Assembly (NCBI GenBank): GCA_051294905.1
Contig: CM119372.1
Coordinates: 22,632,001-22,696,000 of the forward strand
Reading direction: 5' to 3'
Length of the DNA: 64,000 bases
Source of the DNA: Botryllus schlosseri
Taxonomy: Eukaryota
How positions within the stretch are numbered: the first letter of the stretch is position 1; each line of letters starts with the position of its first letter. Positions 12,786 through 24,523 of the stretch are shown here, in pieces. Both the position numbers and the translations under genes were made by a program. The notes below the pieces were generated by a model. It made no database searches. It was not told where the DNA came from and was given only the letters and a program-made list of their open reading frames with translations.

Positions 12786-15700
12786 TCAATGCTTTTTCTT
12801 GGAGTAGCCGTTGGCCGCGGGAACTTTCTGCGCGCGCCGCCGGTCCTTGCCGAGGAAGTCCTTGATGAACAGCCGATAAAAGAGAATGACGTTCATCACA
12901 AGCATGACGAACATCCCACTAACTCCGGCGCAGAGAAACGGAAAAGGCACAGGTGCGATTCTCAGCCAATAGGCCATGTACAGCAGAACGCAAAGCCGAA
13001 AGACCAAGAATCTAAAAGCACAATAGAATTTAGACAGATGAAACAGCTAACAGACCCGTGCACGAAAAGGCGCTACCATTGCGTTTCGACTAAGTGCACT
13101 AGTGCAGTTACATTTATAACCAGGCGTCGGGGACTTGGTTCACCGCAGACTGGGTATAATTTTTGCGCGTTGCCGGATATCATTGGACGAAGCAACACAA
13201 CACGGCCTCTTGATTTAGTTCAGTGTTAAGCCGGTAAACCAATTTCTGAGTGAGATCGCAGCTACATCGGTGGAGCGTTACACGTAACAGCCCATGACAG
13301 ATTAGGATCAAAGATCAAACGCTCAAATCAAAACATATTTCTTACCAGTATTTTAACTGTTGGCCGGATAAGATTCGCACGAGTTAGCGCAACCACGGTC
13401 GAGAATCGCGAATATTCAATTATCCAATAGGTCGGGAAAATCGAGTAACCGAGTGATTCGATTGGGAACGGAGCGTTTGGCCTCGAGAGTCGAGTCGAGC
13501 AGAGTATTCGCGCGTCAACTCATTGTGACATCATAAGATAATGAACGATGAGGGAAGTTCAAATATGTAGCTTTTACGCGGCCATAAAGAAAATCGTGCC
13601 AGTACTATATCATCAAAGATAATTCGGTACGTTTCGGCCATATCTATTAAATTGTACTTCGTGACAATGCTGTCGGCAGACCACAACTTCACAGAAACGC
13701 CCACATAGCATTGACTATGTTACTACGTGTTTCGTATGCTTCAAAATTATAACCGATCAAACTCATTACAAGGATACGAATTACGTCGCAAATTTAAGCT
13801 GTTAACGAAATGGGCGGTTCTTCCGTTGCTTCGAATGGAATGTTACTGTGTTGAGCGAGGTGCACTGGCACAGTACACGAGGATGTGGTTATTTCTAGCT
13901 TGTCGAAATGAGAGCGAGCTCTGTATAAATATGGATTCCCAGTCCCGGGACAGGCGCAAATATGAAAATTGATATCATGCCTCAAACGGCAAAGGCACAG
14001 TTATTCATTACACTCGAATTACACGGATCTCAAATCAAGCGCGCAGTGTGCGGCCGGCAATCGCAGTCGCGGAAGCAATCTGACGCCGAGATTGTACTTT
14101 ATAGAGCTATTCGGCGTAATAAATCTGCCATCAGGGCCATATATTCCACCGCCATCAACGCTGTTTGGAACTCGAGAGCCTGAGGATGTGGACTGGTGTT
14201 GATACAGAATCAGGAAAAAAATCGACGATACTTATCGTACATTAACCTGTCATTTGCTGATCGATGGAATAATCAATCACGAGTAGGATTCACTGCTAAC
14301 CCGAGAGTTGAAGATTAGACGGATTTGGTGGCTGTTAAATATGAAGTTACAACCTCCCTATGACAGTGACTGCCATAGTTATTACGCAGAGGTTACGTTT
14401 TAATAGTGTGCTCGGTGGCAATCAACACTCTCTGTAATACCAACTGAGGTGAACGCCAAGTTCTGGACATATTCACATAAGTTATAGTAGTTCTAGTCGG
14501 ACAGAAAACCCGATAGCCTAACCGTTGTCCCCGTTTGCAGTTGCCTTGGTACAATGAATATCTCTATATTTTCAATGTTGAAATTGAATAAACACAATCT
14601 CGCTAAATTTTCTTGCATCAACGGACATAACCTTCAATTTCAAGACCGGCCAATTACAGCAATGCAGCATAACATAGCGAAACAAACAGAATCTCATGAG
14701 GTTTCGCGCTAAGTCATCAGAATCAATTACATGCGAATTCGCCGTAAATAGTAACAAGTGCCGGTCGCATTAACAGCATGCAAAAGAGCAAAACAGCTAA
14801 AAAGGACAACCGGAAGTAGTAATACTACTTAGACTGGCGGTAACAAACATGCGATACAAATTCTCCCCACCCCAACGTATTTGGTAAAAATGAGTGTAAC
14901 TAACAAAATGCGCGAGACTTACGTCGATATGTTGGCTACGGAAATTGCGAAGTATTTGCCAGACGTGGGCGAGATATTCGCCAGCCTCATGAGTTGACGG
15001 CAATGCAGGAAAGCGGAGTTGACTTCAACGAGTAACGACACGACTGCATATCCGACGAATTGGTCGGTTAACAATGATATACCGAAGCAGGAGATGACCT
15101 AGAAACAGCGAAAGAACGTTAAACGAGAAAGCTTGTTGTACACGACTTTTGCTTGATTGCCAAAAACGACTAAGATGAGTGCTAACTCCGGCTGCAAAAA
15201 CGCATTTGAAATTTTGCAATGTTTGTGTTTGGACGCGCGCGAATTCGTATTCTGTGTCTGTACGTGTACTCTTCGTTACAAAAATACGAAGTCTTCAGTC
15301 TAGGATTGATGGCGTCAAGTGAGTCCCGTTGGTGTCGGAATTTTCAAATTGTGTTTGCCAGAATACGATGTCATGCGTGATGATTCGACGCAATTACGTC
15401 CTTCCAAGTTCTTTTTTCACACACGCACACTTGTAGATGTGTTTCAAACTCAAGAATTCCGCAAATTCGCGAATGGACAATTGGAAACGATCCCGAGCTC
15501 AATGGCGCAAAATGTTTATTCGTCTGTCGAAATCGAGTTCACGAGTATTGCGTTTGGTGCCAAAGTGCGAATTCTGAAGTCGTCGAGAGCTGAGCCTATG
15601 AACAATTGAACATTGAGCTGTGCCGCGATAAACTAGGTTGATATACCGATATTCAACACGTACTCTCGTACCGTAAGCTCAGTAATATAGCACACAGCAG

Positions 15701-17165
15701 GTGTCACATGCATTATTTCCTGAAACAATGCGTAATCGGAGAAGGCACAAAGGTTCTATACATAGAGAATGATTACAAGAGTCAATTGATTCCATTCGCT
15801 TATCACTATCACAAAAACGCCCATCCCACACGATGGCAGAGTCGGACATCTCATGAAGGACATACAAGTCTCTTCGAAATGAGCAACACTTGGCTAAACA
15901 CAGGTCACACCAATGATATGCATAATAGATATATTATAAACATGCAACATAAATTCTGGCAGTGTTCATAGTGGTGATCTGAAAACGAACCGTACTTAGC
16001 TAACAACACATTACATAATTGTGTATTTAACCCTGGTATGACAATCAAAACAAAAGCAGCATTCAAAAGCCAGCTTACCACAACATGGTGCAATAGAATT
16101 TCCCACACTCTGGAGACAGCGAAGAAAAGCAAATTGTCCACAAAATCATAAATAAAATATCCTGCAAAAATGTGAGAGGTTGAGTGCTGGAAACAAATGC
16201 ATTATTCAACTGTGAGCAGGTAATGAATAATATTGCAGACATGGTGAAACTGATCGAATGCTACTTGCAAAATGGGACCGGAAACAATCCGAGCAGGATC
16301 ATGAAATTTCATACACCATTGACAGACTATAACCAAATAACACATACTTGGACACCCCATAGCATTATTATTTTTATGTTAGTATCGTGGCTAGCTGTCT
16401 TTGTGATTCAAACCCTAGTCACGCACAGTCTGTACAATGTACATGATACAGCTAAAAAGCACAGCAATGCTGTTTGACATTTCATGAAAAACTAGATACA
16501 ATCTCCATAGATATAGATTGATAAAATTATAGCTACAAAGCTTTTGCAAGACAACACAGGTCATTCACATTATCACAACCCATTACTGCCAGTTCAGCAA
16601 CAAAACTTAGCCAAAGAAACTTAGATTACATGTAGTTCCAAAAAAATGGCTTAATTCGATGCATCACATTGACTACGATTTGTGCACCAGCTGGATTCCA
16701 ATTCCCACTCTAAATGACACAGAATTTACCTTCAGGGTAAAACAAACCTGTAGAGGCAGCAACAAGGGCATATGAGAAGTGATTGTGTCCATTGACGAGA
16801 TCAAAAGCCATCTTCCAATCATAGTAGAAGCTGCAAAATGAAGTGACAAGTCCAAATAAACACAAGATAAACAGGTGTTACTTTATTCTAAACAAAATTA
16901 AGTTCCATCCCAATCATGGTCATCTTTTCATCGCACTATAAGCTTACCAAAGGAGACACCATGTCCCTGAGACAATTGAGTGGATTAAGGATCCCAGTAC
17001 ATTGTACCAATAATACTTTTCTTGCGACGATTTGAATTGCGATTTTGGTGCGATTGAAAAGAGTTGAAGGAAGAATCTCACAGTGAAAAATGCAGCTGCA
17101 GAGATAGTAACAAAGCCTAGTTTCGTATGCGAGAGGTAATCAGTAACGGCACTTACAACATCCAT
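12786..17165 (-). CDS. TLC (TRAM/LAG1/CLN8) domain membrane protein, TLCD1/2-like
   Basis: Five coding exons with canonical splice sites and matching phases: 17165-16948, 16830-16748, 16161-16079, 15098-14923, 13011-12786. The translation has TLC-family motifs SLIHSIVSG, GYFIYDFVD, ILLHHVV, LLVEVNSAFLH, FLVFRL and MNVILFYRL. Confidence 0.88.
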
Positions 17166-17516
17166 AGGGAAGAAAATAATATAAAACCTGAATGAAATGA
17201 AGCAAACGTTAAATTTATCCACTAAACTAGAGATTTAGACATTTCCAATCGTTGAACAGAAAACATAATTGTACAACTGTCTGACAAGAGCAATATCGAG
17301 GAATAACCTAATGGAACTGGAACAGGTCCTGTCATAATATGTTTTACACTGTATTTTGTAATATTATCAAACTCTATTATATTGTCCCGGAGCAAGTAGG
17401 CCTCTATTATTAATGCTTGAGGCAATTGCGCTAAGTAAGTAGAGTAAGCTGTAGACTGTAGAATGGCATTAATGAGTAAGCAATATCCATGAATATCTAT
17501 GAAATCGAATCACAAT

Positions 17517-17702
17517 CAATGTTCCATCTAATTTTCGACTAGTCTGCGCACACCCACCAACTCACTGCGCAGACCCTTGGACAACAGTGCATAACGACTA
17601 AAAACAAGGTCATCACTTTGCATTTTTTGTGCGCAACATGGCTTTTCTGTTCGCAGAGGCCGTGTCAGCACTGCGCATTGGCGCAGCTTAGAGGTAACAT
17701 TG
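17517..17702. mobile_element. Small hAT-like MITE
   Basis: CAATGTT...AACATTG termini; perfect TSD ATCACAAT. Confidence 0.78.
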
Positions 17703-17714
17703 ATCACAATATAA

Positions 17715-18096
17715 TAGGGTTACCATACGTCCTCTTTTAAGAGGATTTGTCCTCTTTTTTGACTTTTTTGAAAGTGTCCTCGGAGGACGCCCTTTTGTCC
17801 TCTTTTTTGAGATTTTGTCCTCTTTTTTGAAAATTTAGGTCACATTTAGAGCAAATTGCGAGTGATATGCCGTAAATTAGCACAGAAGTGATGCTCCGGC
17901 GGGTATTTCGGAGTGAAAAACGGTGATTTCACTGATTTGAGCTTTAAGCGAAAAGTTGACCTTTTTTTTTTTCTTTAGTCAACCGATCACAAAGTGGGAA
18001 AAATTCACCGATTTTTGAGAATTCTTCTCTGGTTTTGCAAGTCTCAAATTTCTGAAAAAGTGTCCTCTTTTTAGATTAGAAAATATGGTAAGCCTA
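17715..18096 (+). mobile_element. TAGGGTTACCATA-family MITE (GTCCTC repeats)
   Basis: TIRs; TSD CAATATAA/CAAAATAA; related ends near 4335, 44158, 45181, 46710, 50138 and 50880. Confidence 0.82.
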
Positions 18097-18673
18097 CAAA
18101 ATAACCATCGAAAAACTAGATTCAAGAGATCTGTACCATACCGTAGCTCATACCAGTAGGCATAGCGATAGACTCTAAAATATTCATAGAACTTTAAGTG
18201 TTCAGAGAACTAGATGAACCAATAATTACATAATTGACCTCAACAAAATACCAGCGAACAAAAGATATTTATCGATTTCCACCGGTAGGCCTACGTTTTG
18301 AAAGGCAGAATACAGCAGCTTGGAAAAACATTCAGTATAAAGTGTTCAAACTGCCACAAAGAACATTACCAAAGACAAGGATTTGCATCAATAAACTGCT
18401 TACATAATAGTTCTATCGGTTAGATTGTGACTACTAGTAACTCAACTACATGCGAAAATGAAGGATCTCCTCAGCCACAGCTTTTTATTTCACCAATATA
18501 AAGGCTAATTCCCGTAAATGGAATGTCATTACGAAAAGTTGAGGCACTTCTTCGATGGCAGTCAGACATCGAAAAGTGTTCACCATGATCACCGATGAAT
18601 GTTTTCCATGAACACGAAAAAAAAATTATAAACGTCAAAATATATTTTTTTTTGTGCCTTTCGAAAGACGAAT

Positions 18674-19212
18674 GTTAGGGTTGGGGTGGGGGGTATTAGA
18701 GTGGGGGGAAAGGGGGATATTAGGGTTGTCGGAGGCGATATTAGTGTTAGGATTGGTGGATGGGGATATTAGGGTTGGCGGAGGGGATATTAGTGTTAGG
18801 ATTGGTGGATATTAGTGTTAGGATTGGTGGATATAGGGATATTAGGGTTGGGGTGAGGGGTATTAGGGTGGGGGAAAGGGCGATATTAGGGTTGGCGGAG
18901 GGGATATTAGTGTTAGGATTGGTGGATATTAGTGTTAGGATTGGTGGATAGTAATATTAGGGTTGGGGTGGGGGGTATTAGGGTGGGGGAAAGGGGGATA
19001 TTAGGGTTGGCGGAGGGGATATTAGTGTTAGAATTGGTGGATGGGGATATTAGGGTTGGCGGAGGGGATATTAGTGTTAGGATTGGTGGATGGGGATATT
19101 AGGGTTGGCGGAGGGGACATTAGTGTTAGGATTGGTGGATGGGGATATTAGGGTTGGCGGAGGGGACATTAGTGTTAGGATTGGTGGATAGTAATATTAG
19201 GGTTGGGGGAGG
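18674..19212 (+). repeat. G-rich minisatellite with TTAGGG-like cores in the left Merlin TIR
   Basis: Irregular tandem units of about 49 bp such as GGGGATATTAGGGTTGGCGGAGGGGATATTAGTGTTAGGATTGGTGGAT. Confidence 0.9.
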
Positions 19213-19290
19213 GGGAGATAGCGTAGTCGTAACGATAAGCGCCCACCAATCTGGCGGACCCGGTTCGATTCCCGTCGGAGGTTTATGTGG
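19211..19290 (+). other. tRNA-derived Pol III cassette (SINE-head-like) in left TIR
   Basis: A-box-like TAGCGTAGTCG (19219-19229), CGCC...GGCG stem and B-box GGTTCGATTCC (19262-19272) at tRNA-like spacing. No convincing acceptor stem or 7-nt anticodon loop. Confidence 0.6.
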
Positions 19291-21175
19291 GCTCCTTTTC
19301 CCTCGCCGTTGCCGCTCTTACGGAGACAAAAAAGACCAACGAAAGAAAGCACTCACAAGGAATGGAAAGAACTAGTAGAAAGGACCGCGGCTTCAATAAG
19401 ATCAACATCGAAATGAACTGCGACATCGGGCACGGCTTCGATAAGATCAACATAGAAAAGAACTGCGACATCGGGCACTCTAGACCGAGGTGGAAATTAG
19501 ATTAAAAGGATCGCAACTGCATGCGTGTCGTTCGACATCCTCCTATCTGCTCATTACATCGCATTTTGTCTTATCGCATGTACATTGTGTGTGACTTGTT
19601 CAGATGAAACATGTAACCCAACGATTAATAATATGATATTATTACTATTAGGGTTGAGGTGGGGAATGTTAGGGTCCATTCATTACATTCAGCACCCATT
19701 ACCACCCGTTCAAAAGATACATATTTTCCAATTGCCAAGACAGAAAGTATCGAATCTTTCATTCGAGCACGGGGTTAGATCGTTCTAGTTCATTACAAAA
19801 CTGATTCAAATATAAGCGAGTGATTAATATGATGCCTATTGAATCAATAGGTTACGTCAATTCACGCGGAGTCATCATTACAAACGATGGAAAAACATAA
19901 GCGGGTGAATTCAAGCCTGCAGGCTCGTGCCGCTAGGACATACTTTGCGATAGGTGATGCTGGAGCAAACTGATGATAATCAGTATGTTGATATTTCATC
20001 CTTTCGAATACACGAAAAGATTGCGATTGAACGAAAAAATTGGAAGGTATTGAAACGATATTTAGTAGTCGTTGAAACCGGACATTCGGACACCACACTT
20101 CCTGTAGCCATAAGACAGTGTAAAGAGGCACTTACGTCGTTGTAGCCTTGTAGGATGGGCAGTTGGACACTGAATATAAAGTAACAGAAGTGATGGGATG
20201 ATAGCCTAATGAAGTGGCATGTTTCGGAATGATGGGCCGATATATCAAATTGAGATTTGAATGTGGACGTTCTTGACGACTGTCGGGATGGCCTTCGAGG
20301 CTTTTAGCGATGTCTTTCCCAAACTTATTTCCACGGCGTATTTCAATATCGAATATATTCCACATATCGATAGGGAGTCTTGAATCGACAGGTGAAGTCA
20401 ATGCACGCATTCATGGAAGAACACGAGCATATGGAATTATAGATAACAATGTCTTGGCGAACGGGACTTAATAATTTCGATTTTCTCGACGGCAAATTGA
20501 AAGTTGAAAAGTATCGGGATAGACGTCGTTGAATGACCAGTAGCCAAAACTATTCTTTCAAACTATTGGTAAATATACTCCTACACAACTTGTGAAGCAG
20601 ACGCAGTACAAATACAGTTGATGCCATGCAGCATTCACAATCAATCCTAATGAGTATTGTATGATACACGATAAATAGCCTATGCGGTATGTATTTTCAT
20701 GACAAGTTGATTCTGCGTGTGTACTAAGTTGTTTCTGCTTGTGTGTACTAACTTTTTGACTTCTTAGGGTGAAGCAGAACGCACTAACACCGTACTGATG
20801 CATCATTAGTGGTGTGTTTCACTCATTTCCGCCCGTAGGAAGGGTGTGGAGAAACTATTTGGTACCCGAGTGATGCTGTACCGTAGAACCTTAGCTAACC
20901 TATTCCTTGAAATTGACATGATGCTGCCGGCGGCGATTGCCAAGTTGAAAAAGTGGCTCTTTACTCTTTTCGAGTTGGTAGCCCCTGCTCTGATATCAAT
21001 ATACCACTATATGTCACTGCATGCACATTGCACCATGCACAATGCACATGTCTGTCTGAGGAGCACTGGAGACGGTACAATTCACGCATTGTTTTGTTAA
21101 CGAATGAAATATAATAAATGTAGCAAAGCCAACGAAAAAATACAGTGTAAATCATGGATGTAAATAAGTATAAAT

Positions 21176-22087
21176 TCAAACAGGATAGCGAGTGCGAATC
21201 TGATTTATCAAATTCTGAAATGGATCGTCGCCGAATTTGAGGCGCCACATGAATTCAAATAAGTACGTATCCAGGAGAGTACGATGAGTCCCGCACTCCC
21301 GCTTATTTCTCTGTTTCGCTCGGGCCCACATTGATTCAACGTGATTTGTCGTTGCGTGGGAGATCGGGTCCACAAAGTTTAATCTGTGGTTTACTGTGAG
21401 ATGCTGGTAGCCCAAATTGCTCACCGTATTGTACGCTGCCAAAGATCTGATATCACAGTCGTTCCGGGCAGGATATAATGTTGTATGATGGGCAAAAGAG
21501 TACCAGCATCTCGTCTCTCGACTTCCACCAGGAATCCCTCTTTCGATTCAACGTCGATGCCCACGAACACCCACTGCGTCTTGACCGTTCTTCCAACATT
21601 ATGTTTTCTGCGGACAAAGGCCGACTCGTCGATTTCAACGACTCTTCCAGGGCCGCCCAATTGAAGTGGATTGTCCACGAAATACTCGGCATATATGTCT
21701 CGGACGTAGTTGCGATAGTTACAGATGGTCTCATCGCTAGCGATCCCGTCTAACATTTTTGTACGACGCCATTTCATACGAGTATAAATACAGCAATTCG
21801 ATGGTGGTTTGAAGTTGAAATCTGGTCCCCTCGAAAAAACTATTTTTCACAATTTGCAATGTCGTTTTGCAGTCGCGGTCTCGACATTGCCAACGGAATC
21901 CGATTTTTGTGCTCCGCTCGTATTCCGCCATATCGCCATTGCATTCGGGGCATCGCATTTGTTTCGCAAGCAGTCCGTGCTGTCGGCACCAAGCAATTGC
22001 GCTTGCCTTGTCGATTGTCGCCAAAGTCAGCTCCCTCCAATTTACTTTAGAAAGACTCGGATATACATTCGCCCCCGCCATCATCAA
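21176..22087 (-). pseudogene. Merlin/IS1595-family DDE transposase, disrupted by two frameshifts
   Basis: Three overlapping ORFs join into one protein: N-terminal Cys cluster (CPEC...WQC...C), then GGPGRVVEIDES, QWVFVGID, RDAGTLLPII, LPGTTVISDLW, then HLTVNH..NFVDP, TNHVESMW. Frameshifts near 21750 and 21440. Confidence 0.9.
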
Positions 22088-23986
22088 CTCAATGTTACTC
22101 GGTCAGGGCGGCATGGTATTTAAATACGTACGGTGAACATTGTGACGTGTTTTGTTTTCGATCGCTGGATGAAGCCGAATACAGAGTCAACTAGGGGGCA
22201 ACGCGGCAGTGAAGACTTTAGTGACTGAAAAACACATCGATGAACTCTCGTCGGTGTCCTTTCAATGACAGCTCTAACCCGTAGTAATAGAGGGTCAAAG
22301 GACGAAGCAAATTCTTCCACTTCAAGTTCGAGTACATTTTATCGACACACACTATAGCCTACTGGTTGCATTTTCTGCATACTTCTACTTCTACTTGAAC
22401 AGTTTTCGATTCAAAACAGGCCTATAATACTGACTTTCTACCAAGTTTGAAGTCGCTACTTGTACTACTTGAGTAGCAACGTTGATTACTCTTATCACCG
22501 CTACCCATAGTTGAATGTCTTCTCTGTCACAACTCAAACATATAGGTCGCTAAGGGAATAAATTCTGGTTGCGATCGCATTAGCGCGATCGTTAAACATT
22601 TATGTGATATTTGTTACATATCATCCAACAATGTCCTATGTAGCCTACATTTTGTATATTTTCAACGTCACTGTGTTGGGTACCACAGGTCCACAGCCAA
22701 TGATCCAGAAACGCTGAAAAGTGGTTACGGCAATACGGATTATTAATTATGAAGACGCTCGACTAATGCACGGACAAGCCTATATAATCTTGATTCCATT
22801 ATAGATAATTAACTAACATACGGTAGGTCAGTTATCTCTAATTCCATATGGTCGTGTTAACCATGAATGCGTGTATTGACTTCACCTCTCGATTCGAGAC
22901 TTTCTATCTATATGTAAAATATATTCGATATTGAAATACGCCGTGGAAATAAGTTTGGGAAAGACATCGCTAAAAGCCTCGAAGGCCATCCCGACAGTCG
23001 TCAAGAACGTCCACATTCAAATCTCAATTTGATATATCGGCCCATCATTCCGAAACATGCCACTTCATTAGGCTATCATCCCATCACTTCTGTTACTTTA
23101 TATTCAGTGTCCAACTGCCCATCCTACAAGGCTACAACGACGTAAGTGCCTCTTTACACTGTCTTATGGCTACAGGAAGTGTGGTGTCCGAATGTCCGCT
23201 TTCAACGACTACTACATATCGTTTCAATACCTTCCAATTTTTTCGTTCAATCGCAATCTTTTCGTGTATTCGAAAGGATGAAATATCAACATACTGATTA
23301 TCATCAGTTTGCTCCAGCATCACCTATCGCAAAGTATGTCCTAGCGGCACGAGCCTGCAGGCTTGAATTCACCCGCTTATGTTTTTCCATCGTTTGTAAT
23401 GATGACTCCGCGTGAATTGACGTAACCTATTGATTCAATAGGCATCATATTAATCACTCGCTTATATTTGAATCAGTTTTGTAATGAACTAGAACGATCT
23501 AACCCCGTGCTCGAATGAAAGATTCGATACTTTCTGTCTTGGCAATTGGAAAATATGTATCTTTTGAACGGATGGTAATGGGTGCTGAATGTAATGAATG
23601 GACCCTAACATTCCCCACCTCAACCCTAATAGTAATAATATCATATTATTAATCGTTGGGTTACATGTTTCATCTGAACAAGTCACACACAATGTACATG
23701 CGATAAGACAAAATGCGATGTAATGAGCAGATAGGAGGATGTCGAACGACACGCATGCAGTTGCGATCCTTTTAATCTAATTTCCACCTCGGTCTAGAGT
23801 GCCCGATGTCGCAGTTCTTTTCTATGTTGATCTTATCGAAGCCGTGCCCGATGTCGCAGCTCATTTCGATGTTGATCTTATTGAAGCCGCGGTCCTTTCT
23901 ACTAGTTCTTTCCATTCCTTGTGAGTGCTTTCTTTCGTTGGTCTTTTTTGTCTCCGTAAGAGCGGCAACGGCGAGGGAAGAGGAGC

Positions 23987-24066
23987 CCACATAAACCTCC
24001 GACGGGAATCGAACCGGGTCCGCCAGATTGGTGGGCGCTTATCGTTACGACTACGCTATCTCCCCC
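23987..24066 (-). other. tRNA-derived Pol III cassette in right TIR
   Basis: Reverse-complement copy of 19211-19290; B-box at 24005-24015, A-box-like at 24048-24058. Confidence 0.6.
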
Positions 24067-24523
24067 TCCCCCAACCCTAATATTACTATCCACCAATCCT
24101 AACACTAATGTCCCCTCCGCCAACCCTAATATCCCCATCCACCAATCCTAACACTAATGTCCCCTCCGCCAACCCTAATATCCCCCTTTCCCCCACCCCA
24201 ACCCTAATATCCCTATCCACCAATCCTAACACTAATATCCACCACTCCTAACACTAATATCCCCTCCGCCAACCCTAATATCCCCATCCACCAATCCTAA
24301 CACTAATATCCCCTCCACCAACCCTAATATCCCCCTTTCCCCCACCCTAATACCCCCCACCCCAACCCTAATATTACTATCCACCAATCCTAACACTAAT
24401 ATCCACCAATCCTAACACTAATATCCCCTCCGCCAACCCTAATATCCTCATCCACCAATCCTAACACTAATATCGCCTCCGACAACCCTAATATCCCCCT
24501 TTCCCCCCACCCCAACCCTAACA
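24062..24523 (-). repeat. Inverted, shorter copy of the minisatellite in the right Merlin TIR
   Basis: CCAACCCTAATATCCCC and CCAATCCTAACACTAAT units; reverse complement of the left array with a different unit arrangement. Confidence 0.9.

Noticed and set aside
12789..13229. 146-aa plus-strand ORF
   Set aside because: Antisense shadow of the last TLCD exon.
18674..19212. True telomere or telomere-fusion site
   Set aside because: Not a pure (TTAGGG)n tract; it is symmetrically embedded in transposon TIRs bounded by a TSD.
19211..19290. Functional tRNA gene
   Set aside because: No clear acceptor stem, irregular anticodon arm, and located inside transposon TIRs; kept only as a tRNA-derived cassette.
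18760..20145. Short ORFs duplicated in both Merlin arms (MGILGLAEG..., MSFDILL..., MMLEQTDD...)
   Set aside because: They recur only because the DNA is an inverted repeat or minisatellite; no recognisable domains.
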